Source: Savitreella phatthalungensis (Eukaryota). Taken from it: a DNA stretch of 64,000 bases. How positions within the stretch are numbered: position 1 is the first letter of the stretch; each line of letters starts with the position of its first letter. Location of the stretch: positions 186,001 to 250,000 of the forward strand of contig AP039692.1 in the NCBI GenBank assembly GCA_051599415.1, in the 5' to 3' direction. This document shows, piece by piece, positions 21,029 through 31,060 of this stretch. A program made the position numbers and the translations under genes. The notes under the pieces were generated by a model that saw only the letters and a list, made by a program, of their open reading frames with translations, did no database searches and was not told the DNA's origin.

Positions 21029-23986
21029 ATGGATGTCCAGCTTGAGCAGGTCCAAGTCCTCAATCGCGACATCTTCGTCAAGTATGTCGATGTTCCTGCT
21101 GGCGGCACGCTTCATTATCAGATCAAACCACAAGGCCACTCCATCTACTACGGAATGTGGCGGAAGCATGCTGCTGCGGCAAGAGATTTCAACTCTCACA
21201 GCAGCAGTCCCTCTTCTCCAGTCTTATCGAAAGAAACAGCGGCCTCCACAAGCTCATCTGCCACAAGCACAACTCCTAGTAAGAGGCCCTCTATCGGTGG
21301 CAACCCGGCACAGGGAAGCTTCTACATGCAAGCAGTGCAACGCAATCGGAGCTCCATGTCAGTCACATCCAACAGCTCGCGTACGAATCTAGACGAGCGT
21401 ATGCGTCACGCCGATCTCGACCCTGTGCTGGGTAAGGTCCGCGTGGCCGGTGGCAAGGTGGCGAAAGGTGATCTCGTTGCTCATGAACCCGCAATCTACG
21501 CCCTCGTTCTCGACAATACCTTCTCTCGCGACAAGAAGAAAGTCGTCACGTTTGTGCTCCACGTGTCCCCACCCGCCACACCTGCCCTCGCTTCTGTCCA
21601 GCCGTCCACTGTCGCTCTTAAAGACCCTATCCCAGACAAGCAGATTTCCCGCGCAGAAACAAACCTCGAAGATGACGACAAGACTGGCATGGCCGCAGTC
21701 AAGACGAACCCTCCTCAGCGTGCAGAGGAGCATCTTTCGGGCGCTTTGCTCAAGCGCCGGCGAAAAAAGCTGCAGGGCTGGGCAAAGAGATGGTTCGTGC
21801 TTGACCTCCGCCAGCGCACTTTGGTCTACTATCTAGATTCGAGGCACAGCATCCTCAGAGGGTCCATCAGACTCGACCTCGCCGTCGTCTCTGCCAACCG
21901 CACTCGCTTCGAGATCAACATCGACAGCGGCGCGGAGGTCTGGAACCTCCGTGCATCCAATCTCGGCGCTCACGTCATGTGGTGCGATGCCCTTGCAGAA
22001 GCAACAAGCAAGTCCAGATCCGCCGACACGAGCACTGCTCGTACGACAGCTGTTAAGACGTTTGAGCCACACATCTCTCCGGCCATCGAAGACTCGTTGT
22101 GGCGGCGCGTGGCGGCAGTGCAGACAAAGCTTGACCGAGTATGTCAGGATCTCGACGCTGCTGTGCTTGGTCTGCCAGGTGCAAGTGCATCTGCAGTTGA
22201 CTCGGACGGCGAGTCCCAGGACGGCTCGCTACCAGATTCGTCAACACCAAAGTCGTCGTCACGCAGTAAGCTTCTGTGGCGACGACGTGGCACCGATGCC
22301 TCAGAAGCTGTAACTAAATCTAAGCACCACAGCAAACCTACAATAACATCTTCCGTTGCACAAACAACGGTCGCTGCACTCCAGTCGCATGTCGCAGAGC
22401 TGCGTGCTCTTTGCGACGAGCGCAGAGTTGCGCGTGGTGGTCCGAGCGACAGCGGTGCTGCTCCTGCACTGCGCAATGGGCCGCTACTCGGTGTGATTAG
22501 TGAGTCAGCTGCTGAAGGTCGGCGCTCACTCGACTCGATGCGTTCTAACGCAGAAGACGAGGTATTCGAGGACGCACGAACGGACTTTGACTTTGATGCG
22601 TTCGACGATGCAGGCATCCTCGTCGCCGCACACCACAACGCCGACTCGTCCGAGGACGAAGACAACAGTGACATCGTGTCGAGTGGTGATGAATCTGATC
22701 TGTACGAGGACGTCTTCAATTCCACCGCAGCCCTGCCAAATGCCGGCGTCGCAAAATCCACATCCGCTCTTCCACTCAGCAGCAAACAGTTGTACCCACT
22801 CACGGAAGTCCTTGGCGCTATCACGCGTCGTACGAATATCCCGCCGATCCTCGATGCGCCGCCAAGCATGTTGTCTGTTTTACGGAAATCTGTCGGTGCA
22901 GACAGCGCAAACAAAGCTGCACCGGTAGGCTTGAACGAACCACTATCAGCGACACAGCGTGCTGCCGAAGAGCTCGAGTACGCTCGCCTGCTGACGGAGG
23001 CGTGTCAAGTCGACAGCACCACTGGCAAGCGAATCCTGCTCATTGCGGCATTTGCCATCTCAGCTCTGTCAGGATCGCGTGATCGGGAGCGATGCCTTCG
23101 CAAGCCCTTCAATCCGCTACTCGGGGAGACTTTCGAGCTAGTACGCGAAGACCTTGGCTTTCGGTTCGTTTGCGAGAAGGTAGAACATCGACCGCACATC
23201 GTCACGGCGTCGTATGCCGAAGGTGACGGCTGGACATTTGCCCAGTACGGCGCCAACCAGCAGCGCTTCTATGGCAAATCCGTCGAGCTCGTCACCACCG
23301 GCACCACCACCGTCACCCTCCACACAGGCGACGTGTACGCGTGGGAGAAACCGATCGTTTATTTGCGGGGAGTCGCGTACGGGGAGAAGTACGTAGAGCC
23401 ATCAGGGACGATGACAATACGCAACCTTGTCAACGGCGAGTACGCGCATGTCGAGTTCCTGGCTGCACAAGGTGGTATGTGGGGTGGTGGCGGTCGTAGT
23501 GAGAATGTCACGGTCAAGGCATTCTCCCGTGGGCGCGAGCCTCTGCCACTATCACTCCAGGGCAAGTGGACGGAGTCACTCTCGCTTACCTCTGGCACCT
23601 GCGAGGTGATCTGGGAAGCAGGCAAACTGGTCGACGATCCAGGGGAGCACTGTGGTTTGACGCAATTCGCCGCACAGCTGAACGAGATCACACCAATCGA
23701 GCAAGCAAGACTACCACCAACAGACTCGCGTCTCCGACCAGACCTGCGAGCACGCGAGAATGCAGACAACAAGCTGGCAGAGCAACACAAGGCGCAACTC
23801 GAGGAAACACAGCGTCAGCGTAGAGCATTGAACGATAAGGCAGACGCCTGGTTCACACCACAGTGGTTCGAGAAGCAAGGTCAAGCGTATGTTTTTAACC
23901 AAGCAGACAGTTCATACTGGAACGCCAGAAAGCGAGGAGACTGGTCGAAAAGTCTTCAACTCTTCCCATCTCAGAATATCTCGTAG
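21029..23986 (+). CDS. OSH3: Oxysterol-binding protein homolog Osh3 (GOLD-PH-FFAT-ORD)
   Basis: GOLD (YALVLDNTFS), PH (LLKRRRKKLQGWAKRWF), FFAT-like EVFEDA and ORD (LNEPLS, KPFNPLLGETFE, EKVEHRP, LPPTDSRLRPD). Confidence 0.95.
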   Translation: MDVQLEQVQVLNRDIFVKYVDVPAGGTLHYQIKPQGHSIYYGMWRKHAAAARDFNSHSSSPSSPVLSKETAASTSSSATSTTPSKRPSIGGNPAQGSFYMQAVQRNRSSMSVTSNSSRTNLDERMRHADLDPVLGKVRVAGGKVAKGDLVAHEPAIYALVLDNTFSRDKKKVVTFVLHVSPPATPALASVQPSTVALKDPIPDKQISRAETNLEDDDKTGMAAVKTNPPQRAEEHLSGALLKRRRKKLQGWAKRWFVLDLRQRTLVYYLDSRHSILRGSIRLDLAVVSANRTRFEINIDSGAEVWNLRASNLGAHVMWCDALAEATSKSRSADTSTARTTAVKTFEPHISPAIEDSLWRRVAAVQTKLDRVCQDLDAAVLGLPGASASAVDSDGESQDGSLPDSSTPKSSSRSKLLWRRRGTDASEAVTKSKHHSKPTITSSVAQTTVAALQSHVAELRALCDERRVARGGPSDSGAAPALRNGPLLGVISESAAEGRRSLDSMRSNAEDEVFEDARTDFDFDAFDDAGILVAAHHNADSSEDEDNSDIVSSGDESDLYEDVFNSTAALPNAGVAKSTSALPLSSKQLYPLTEVLGAITRRTNIPPILDAPPSMLSVLRKSVGADSANKAAPVGLNEPLSATQRAAEELEYARLLTEACQVDSTTGKRILLIAAFAISALSGSRDRERCLRKPFNPLLGETFELVREDLGFRFVCEKVEHRPHIVTASYAEGDGWTFAQYGANQQRFYGKSVELVTTGTTTVTLHTGDVYAWEKPIVYLRGVAYGEKYVEPSGTMTIRNLVNGEYAHVEFLAAQGGMWGGGGRSENVTVKAFSRGREPLPLSLQGKWTESLSLTSGTCEVIWEAGKLVDDPGEHCGLTQFAAQLNEITPIEQARLPPTDSRLRPDLRARENADNKLAEQHKAQLEETQRQRRALNDKADAWFTPQWFEKQGQAYVFNQADSSYWNARKRGDWSKSLQLFPSQNIS

Positions 23987-24275
23987 CGTTGTCCATCTGA
24001 GTAGAATCTTCATGCTAATGCCTCTCTGTCCACATACTACAGGTACATCGAGTGCCACCGGGAGCTTGACTGCAACCTAATCACGTGTTTTCAAATCACC
24101 AGCTCCAAGGTTACCCTCAAATTCAACGTATGCACGTACGTACACTGTACTTGCATTAGGGGTGAGCAGAAAATTAAAATTAAAATTTCAACTTGGCCCA
24201 GATTAATTGTGGCCGATTGTTTGAACTGTGTCAAGTTTTCTCGTGACGACAGCTTGTACCCGTATCAGATAGATG

Positions 24276-25952
24276 TGTCTAGCTCACTCCAGCTCTCTTT
24301 GTCCCGCCCGCTACAGTATCGCAAGCACGACCACCATATCCACCATTCCTACACACCCGACGCACACGCACACACACACATACACACACATACACACACC
24401 TACCTCTTCGTCCCTCTCCCACAAAGGTCACAAACAGTCGCGTAATCACAAAAGTGATCCAATCCAGTCGCTCTCTTCGTCATCCCAAACATCCGTGATC
24501 GCAGTTGGCGTTTGTCGATCGGGTTTGTGAGTGAGATCGATCGAGCGGGCGACCGAAGGACAGAGAGACAGAAAGAGTATAGCGCGATCGATATTGAGCA
24601 ATCGTCAAGCTTCTACTCTATTTCTCTTCTGACGACTCGTCGCTTTGTGTGCGGCAAACCCCTCGTTGTAGTACAAACACAGGTCAAGTGAGGTCGTCTA
24701 CGCAAAGTAGTCTCTTTCTCCTTCCCTTCTTTTTTTTCCCGACAAAATTCTTCATCCTCTGCGCTGAACTGAGCTGAGTCGAGCCCTGCGATATCGTACA
24801 GCGGTCGCAAGCACGCAACCTGACCTACTAACTTTTTTTCCGCGTTGTCGTATTACCGAGACTTTCGAGGCGGTTTAAGCATAAAAAGAGAGAAAGAGAG
24901 ACGTAACAGTGCGTTCGCAAGGTCTACGTCGAGTCTGTGTCTGCTGCTAAGCGTCCTCATAAGAGAGATTTTCCACCTTAAAAAAGTGGTCGGTCGCCCA
25001 TTGTTGCACGCTCGCTAGAGGCGATTTCTGCGTCCGTGTGTCTATCAATTCACTCGAACACAGCTTTCGTAACCACTTGAGAAGAAAAGGTTTTGCGTGA
25101 GAATCGTCACGAGAAGGTGGGCATTCATCCGACGAGGCCTTGAGAGGATTCTTAGTTACCCTCGTCAAAGCGGTACATTCAAAGCTACTATCTGTGCAGG
25201 GGCCATAAAGAGCAAGGCGAAAAGAGACAACCGAGTATCAGGATTGGAGAGAGTCTTTGTCAATTGACGGCGTAGACGTGACCTATCTGGAATTATCAGC
25301 GTCTGATTGAGGATACAAGATCCATTTGTGACTCGACAACAATCGACCGATCGATCGACCGACCAATACGATACATCGAACGAAGATCTTCTAAGAGACA
25401 GAAGATTTGCTCAAGCGCAAAGGTGTGCTAGAACGAGCTGAGAACTGGATCTGGATTTGGATCTGGAACTCTCTCCCGTTTTGTCTGCATCTATCTCATC
25501 AACCTGCCTGTCTGTCTCATATCAGACTGTTTTCGTGCATCTTTGGTGAATTTTCCTGTTTCATCAGAGATTTTGACCTGAAAAGAGTTGAAACTCTCTT
25601 CTCTTCTTTTCTATTATTCAGTGCTTTCGAAATCAAATCGAAGCACAACTTTGATCGGAAATCCCAACCGGAAGATCACAGGAGTCTCTATCGAAATCCA
25701 CTCCACCCCCATCTGGCACAATTGCAGGAAACTATCCCGGAAATACCATCGGAATCGTCGCCGAATAAGCCACCCAGAATCTGACATAGAGGCGGTCAAC
25801 ATTATCTTTCGACCTCCCTGCCTGCACACTCAGTATTCAGTCGTGCTCCTACTGCTCTCGTCTTCAGTGTCCATCACGAGACAGGCTTAGCTTGCTAAGC
25901 GTCACTATCCTCCAATATTAGCCAGAAGTGATATCACACCTCTGACCCGTGC
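24276..25952 (+). promoter_or_regulatory. Putative very long AUG-free structured 5' leader of the PNUTS-like gene
   Basis: I found no ATG on the + strand between ATG 24273 and the CDS start at 25953. Multiple hairpins; CA-rich tract at 24351-24399. Confidence 0.6.
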
Positions 25953-28900
25953 ATGCAATATCATTTTGCCACCGATCCACAATCTTTGATCGATATGGAC
26001 GGCCACGGAAGCGGTTGGTCAGGACAAGCACCAGGGCCCGTTCCAAGTCCAAGCCCAGGTCCAGGTCCAGGTCCAGGTTCAAATGGTTATCCTAACCATC
26101 CTGATGAGTACCTACACTGGCAGCAGCAGCAGCAGCAACAGCAACAACAACTCGCTCGTCATAGACACGAACAAATTCTACAGCAGCAGCGTCAGGCGGC
26201 TTATCAACATGCCGCACGTGCAGGTAACCCTTCAGATGTCTTCATGTCTCCTATGCAAGCCTATCCCTGGTCCCCGGCTCATCATGGTCAGCAAACGCCA
26301 TCACAACCGCCAAACCAGCATCACCCAGCTTCATCTCACATGTACCCACAGCAACAGCCACAGGTCTATGGAGATTGGCAGTACGCCCAGCAGCAACAGA
26401 GCCATCTTCTGCCTCAGCGGAATCCTTATCAGCAGATGACCGGCGCTTACGATCTAATCGCAAACGGCGATGTAACCCTACCGAATGGCTATGCCAGTCA
26501 TGCTCCCTATCCCGGCATGCCATTCGACCAGCCTATGACCGGCTCCGGACCCGACCTTCACGCCCAGTCTCCACAACCGGGATTCAGAACGTACCAGGGT
26601 CCGACTGTGGGCCCAACCACCCAAGCCCGGGTGTCCATCTCTCCTTCCGTCCTCAACAAACAGCCCACCGCCACGAAGTCGAATGGCCAAAACCTAATGC
26701 CGGCACTGGCTCAAGCGGTACAGGTGAATGGCAAATCAGTGACGAACGTTGCCAAGCAGGAACCATCTGTTCCAGCCATCATCGAGCTTGACTCTCCAGG
26801 CCAAGGTTCCCCATCCGTGATCTCCGTCGAGGACGACCCCAACGTCGATGCCGTTTGGACACGTGGCACCGTTGTCGCGGATGGCCGACGCCGACTCGTG
26901 TCACGACAGCAGTCGGCACCGGAGCGTAAGCTAACGTCTGGTGCCTCCTTGCAGCGTGTTACAGCTCCTCGAGTTCCGTCACGGCCGAGCGAGCCGTTGG
27001 CCGCTATCAAATACGATATTGCCCACTGCTTGAATGTGGAGAACACGTCACAGGCGCCTGACAAGTGCGCGACCGCACTCCTGGCTACCATGTCTCAGTG
27101 CGACCCGATTCCACCCGCGAGCGACGCAGGCGTCAAGGTAGTCCGGACACCCGAGCAAGCACTCTTCGACAGCGTCGATGTCAGCGATCGGCAAAACACC
27201 CTTCTAACCGCCGTCATCGTCGGACTGCGTGACGATCGGCTCATGTCACACCACCTCTCTACCCACAAGATGTTCCGTGCAAAGCTGCGGACGTGGTTCG
27301 TGCGCGCACACAAGGAGAACAATCACAAGACATTGTTGCATCTCATTGGTGTCCTCGATATGCTCAAACTAGACGCTGAACTGCTTGCAGAAGTCAAGTT
27401 CGGCAAAGTTCTGCTCGTCATCGCTCGTCGCAGCGAGGACGCCGATGTCAAGGCACGTCTCGCAAAATACACTCGCAAGGCAGAAGCAGCAAAGCTCCTA
27501 GAAGACAAGGCCGACAAGGAACCTACCGCGCCTGCTCCTTCAGACCCTGCACCGACCATGGGCTCCACACTCAAAGGTGCTCCGCCGCTCGAGGAAGCAG
27601 CAAAGAAGCGCAAAGTCACTGCTCGGCCTGCGGACGTTAAGCCCATCCCAAAAAAACCGGCTGCAGCAGCGCCCGCAGCAGCACCGGCAAAGGTCAATTC
27701 AGCCTTTTTCAGCAAGCCTGCGGGACCACCGGCATCATCGACAGGTCAGAAGCTCACTCTCTCAGATGTCCTCTCGCGCGTCAACAAGAAGCGCGCGCCA
27801 GATGTCAGCTCTACGACTCCTGCTAGCAAGACTCCGACAACAGCCGCAGAGAAGGACCCGGAAGCGAGCACATCTAGCAAGAAACGTGATTTCTCGTCCA
27901 TCGTCAGCGACATCCAGGGAACCGCCACATCACAGTCGTCAACCACAAAATCTTCCTCACTCTCGACCGCTGGAGCCGCCAAGCGTACGAAAGTCAAGAA
28001 AACCGTGCGCTGGCGTCCTGGTCCGGAACTAGAGCAAGTCAAGCTCTTCGAAACGGTCGAGCCTGAGCACTACGACGGCGAGGAAACGTTTGGCAATTCA
28101 AAGGATCTCGAAGGTCGTGAAGGCGAGCTTCTCCACGCATCTTCCCGATTCAAGACCGGTGGGCTCGGAGACTTCTTCATCGAGTGGGACGCCCTTCAAC
28201 TCGTCGATGTGTCTGCGATCTCGGAAGGCGCATCGACACGTAGCAACAAGCGCGCAGGCACTTTGCCAGTCACCTCGAAAGAAGCCGATCTGCAAGAAGA
28301 ACGCGAGAAAGAAACCTTCCTGATCGTTTACAACAAGGAGAGCGATATCCCTTGGACCCCAACAGAAGCCACGGTCGATGCTGCCACCGTCGATAACGCG
28401 GAACCACCGAAGCAGATCCCACTGGCTGACGAGCTTCTTAGAGACAAGACCGTCCAGCGACTCCTAGGTCTACCAGCATACGCTCCGCCCCCGCCGCAAC
28501 TCGCGACGGCGCCACCTGCAAATCAACCACCGCCACCGGATCTGCACTCGACCCTCGCTGCCCTCCAGGGCTTCATCAAGCCGGCAGATCAACAGCAAGC
28601 ATCGAATCCCTCGGTGCCGGCGACGGACATTGCGAGTATCCTCGCGCAGCTTCAGCCGAATGCTGCCAACGGAGCACCCGGGCCACCGATGTTGCCGTTC
28701 CCAATGCCGATCCCGCCACCATCAGCAGGCACCGATACAGGATCGTCCACGTCCATGCAGTCGCAGTCAAATCCACCGGCCATGTTCCCGCCGTTCCCGA
28801 TGCCGCCGATGCCACCGTTCCAAGGCATGCCGATGGATGCACAGCAGCAGGACATGCCTGGCAGCAGTAGTGACTTTATCCACCCAGATCGCCAACAACA

Positions 28901-29156
28901 GAATTATCATCACCACCACCACCAGCAACAGCAGCCGCAGCAGCAGCAGCAGCAGTATCAGCACCACCAGCAGCAAGACTTCCAAAGTGGCGACAAGTAT
29001 GACGATCGGCCGGCAGTCACAGACCAGACGCGAGATGTTCGGCCGTGGGTGAATCTCCGAGACGGTGCGAAATACCGACAGATCTGTCGATTCTTCGTCA
29101 AGAGCGACTGCCGCAAAGGTGACGATTGTCCCTACATTCATCCCTCTCAGATCTGA
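25953..29156 (+). CDS. PNUTS/PPP1R10-like PP1 nuclear targeting subunit (Ppn1-like)
   Basis: Q/P-rich N-terminus, TFIIS-N-like helical domain (LRTWF...LLAEVKFGKVL), RVxF-type PP1 motif KKTVRW...LEQVKLF, P/M-rich region and terminal CCCH finger CRFFVKSDCRKGDDCPYIH. Confidence 0.82.
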   Translation: MQYHFATDPQSLIDMDGHGSGWSGQAPGPVPSPSPGPGPGPGSNGYPNHPDEYLHWQQQQQQQQQQLARHRHEQILQQQRQAAYQHAARAGNPSDVFMSPMQAYPWSPAHHGQQTPSQPPNQHHPASSHMYPQQQPQVYGDWQYAQQQQSHLLPQRNPYQQMTGAYDLIANGDVTLPNGYASHAPYPGMPFDQPMTGSGPDLHAQSPQPGFRTYQGPTVGPTTQARVSISPSVLNKQPTATKSNGQNLMPALAQAVQVNGKSVTNVAKQEPSVPAIIELDSPGQGSPSVISVEDDPNVDAVWTRGTVVADGRRRLVSRQQSAPERKLTSGASLQRVTAPRVPSRPSEPLAAIKYDIAHCLNVENTSQAPDKCATALLATMSQCDPIPPASDAGVKVVRTPEQALFDSVDVSDRQNTLLTAVIVGLRDDRLMSHHLSTHKMFRAKLRTWFVRAHKENNHKTLLHLIGVLDMLKLDAELLAEVKFGKVLLVIARRSEDADVKARLAKYTRKAEAAKLLEDKADKEPTAPAPSDPAPTMGSTLKGAPPLEEAAKKRKVTARPADVKPIPKKPAAAAPAAAPAKVNSAFFSKPAGPPASSTGQKLTLSDVLSRVNKKRAPDVSSTTPASKTPTTAAEKDPEASTSSKKRDFSSIVSDIQGTATSQSSTTKSSSLSTAGAAKRTKVKKTVRWRPGPELEQVKLFETVEPEHYDGEETFGNSKDLEGREGELLHASSRFKTGGLGDFFIEWDALQLVDVSAISEGASTRSNKRAGTLPVTSKEADLQEEREKETFLIVYNKESDIPWTPTEATVDAATVDNAEPPKQIPLADELLRDKTVQRLLGLPAYAPPPPQLATAPPANQPPPPDLHSTLAALQGFIKPADQQQASNPSVPATDIASILAQLQPNAANGAPGPPMLPFPMPIPPPSAGTDTGSSTSMQSQSNPPAMFPPFPMPPMPPFQGMPMDAQQQDMPGSSSDFIHPDRQQQNYHHHHHQQQQPQQQQQQYQHHQQQDFQSGDKYDDRPAVTDQTRDVRPWVNLRDGAKYRQICRFFVKSDCRKGDDCPYIHPSQI

Positions 29157-29327
29157 GCAGGGACACTACACACACACTCACGCACGCACACACACGTATA
29201 TGGATGAGAATGATCATGGATCAGGTAATTAGTCGATCGATTCGAGGTTTGACATTCGTGGGATTCCGTCTGGAAAGATTCGTAGAGGTTAGGCTTGGCG
29301 GGCGCGTATGGAAGAGTTTGAGATCAT

Positions 29328-29864
29328 CTATACGAGCCAAACACGATCGAACGTGATGCCACCGACATTGCCACCCATCATGGCTTCTCTGACGTTCCTC
29401 CTGAACAACTCCCGATTGCTTACCAACTCCTTGGCTGCATCCTTGTTTAACGGATCCGCAGGATTCGGCTCGATAAACAAGAACTGCAAGCCCACGACAA
29501 CAGCGTTCAAATTCAGCACAGGTTTCCAATCCTCTCTCAATATGTTGAGGCAGACGTTGCCATCGAGGTCGATGTTTGGGTGGTAGATCTTCTCTGCAGC
29601 CTTGACCTTTGGTGGCTCGTGTGGGTATTCTCCGTTGATTGCGAAGTCGAATGTGAACCTCCCACCCTTGTACAGCCCTTCGTCTGGTGTGATGAGCAGC
29701 TGGAAATTGAGCAAGTCATCAGGATTCGCAAACCGCGTCTCCATCGTCGATGGCAGCGACAGCTCAGTCAGATCCTTCTGAACCCGAATCTGTGCAGCAG
29801 ACGTACGAGGCTTCTTCTTCTCTAATGCCGCAGCGTTCTGCTTCATACTCCAGATCTTCAACAT
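29328..29864 (-). CDS. UBC12: NEDD8-conjugating enzyme Ubc12
   Basis: MLKIWSMK N-terminus, [10 protein letters not shown] and [23 protein letters not shown]. Confidence 0.97.
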   Translation of the reverse strand: MLKIWSMKQNAAALEKKKPRTSAAQIRVQKDLTELSLPSTMETRFANPDDLLNFQLLITPDEGLYKGGRFTFDFAINGEYPHEPPKVKAAEKIYHPNIDLDGNVCLNILREDWKPVLNLNAVVVGLQFLFIEPNPADPLNKDAAKELVSNRELFRRNVREAMMGGNVGGITFDRVWLV

Positions 29865-30435
29865 CCTCGCCGCAACGCCCTCTCGAGCACTCACACAATC
29901 GCTAGAGCACTACGTGGGCAAGCGCAAACTTGCAGAGCGACGATCGAGTTTTAGGCTGCTTCTGCGGCGTTGTATGGGCCGTTACGAGGGATAAGATGCT
30001 TAGAGCACCCCAGGTTGTACTCGCGAGTACTTGTACCTCTGGTGACGTCTCTTGCATGTGGGTCAAGTGGTACAGTCAGAAGTCAATATGTGATCGAACG
30101 ATTGATCATGCATCTGTACGTACGTTGCAATCAATCAAATATTGATGTTTTAAAATAGACTCTGATTAGATATTAGTTTTCCAGTAGGCAGTTGATTTAA
30201 GTTTATTAGTCTTCTAGATAAGCGTTTTCAATTTCCGTCTATTCCAGTACTGAATCGCTGTTTGATTATTTGTGAGCAATTGTGCAACACAGACGATTGT
30301 GGAGAGTGAGCGATACATCTCTTTTTCCAAAGAATCCCCGCGCCCCAAAGAACCTCTTTCTCTATCCCACATTTATTAGACCAACACACCACACGCATTA
30401 CCGTCTCTACCTCTCTACACCTCCTACATCTTACA

Positions 30436-30867
30436 ATGTAAGTCTGCGCCTTCGCGAGTGATTGAAAACGATCGCTGATACATCTGTCTAGGTCTGTGCC
30501 TGGGAATGCGGCTGCGAAAGCTGTGCAGGAGAGTGCGGTGACGCGATTGACGAATTGGATGAAGACTCCTGATTTCCGGAGTTACTTGATGTCTACTCAC
30601 TTCTGGGGACCTGTTAGTAATTTCGGCATCCCGCTCGCTGCCGTCATGGACTTGAAGAAGGATGAGCAGATGATCAGCGGGAGGATGACAGGCGCTTTGG
30701 TGATTTACTCGTCAGTGTTTATGAAGTACGCGCTCGCCGTCACTCCCAAAAACTACCTCCTGTTTGGATGCCATGCAGTCAATTGGTGCGCTCAGACTGG
30801 ACAGGGATACAGGTGGCTCAACTTCTGGTACTTTGGAGGAAAGGAGCGCAAGGGTGTCACCGCTTAG
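30436..30867 (+). CDS. MPC1: Mitochondrial pyruvate carrier 1; exons 30436-30437 and 30492-30867
   Basis: YLMSTHFWGPVSNFGIPLAA, ISGRMT and PKNYLLFGCH. The intron 30438-30491 (GTAAGT...GCTGAT...TAG) joins AT+G in frame. Confidence 0.93.
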
Positions 30868-31060
30868 GCTTCGCTCGGTCCTCGCAATTTTTGCAGAACT
30901 CTCACGTACACGTATATACGCATTGGTCTTCGCTTGTTTGTCATACACTCAGTCCGCCTAAGGCACTGGTAGTCATGGTCATTTGGAAGGCTAAAACTAT
31001 AAAAAAAAAAGGTGATCGTCATTCATCCAAGTGGACGAAAGAATGGTAGATTGCTGTGAT

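Noticed and set aside
23170..23200. Osh3 signature EKVEHRPH differs from canonical EQVSHHPP
   Set aside because: The HR form is typical of the Osh3 subfamily; remaining changes are minor.
24276..25952. Telomerase RNA as identity of the structured region (AGAG-TTGAAA-CTCT near 25584 recalls P6.1)
   Set aside because: No recognisable template such as CTAACCCTAA, the loop does not fit P6.1, and ATG depletion is better explained by a 5' UTR. Not excluded without knowing the telomere repeat.
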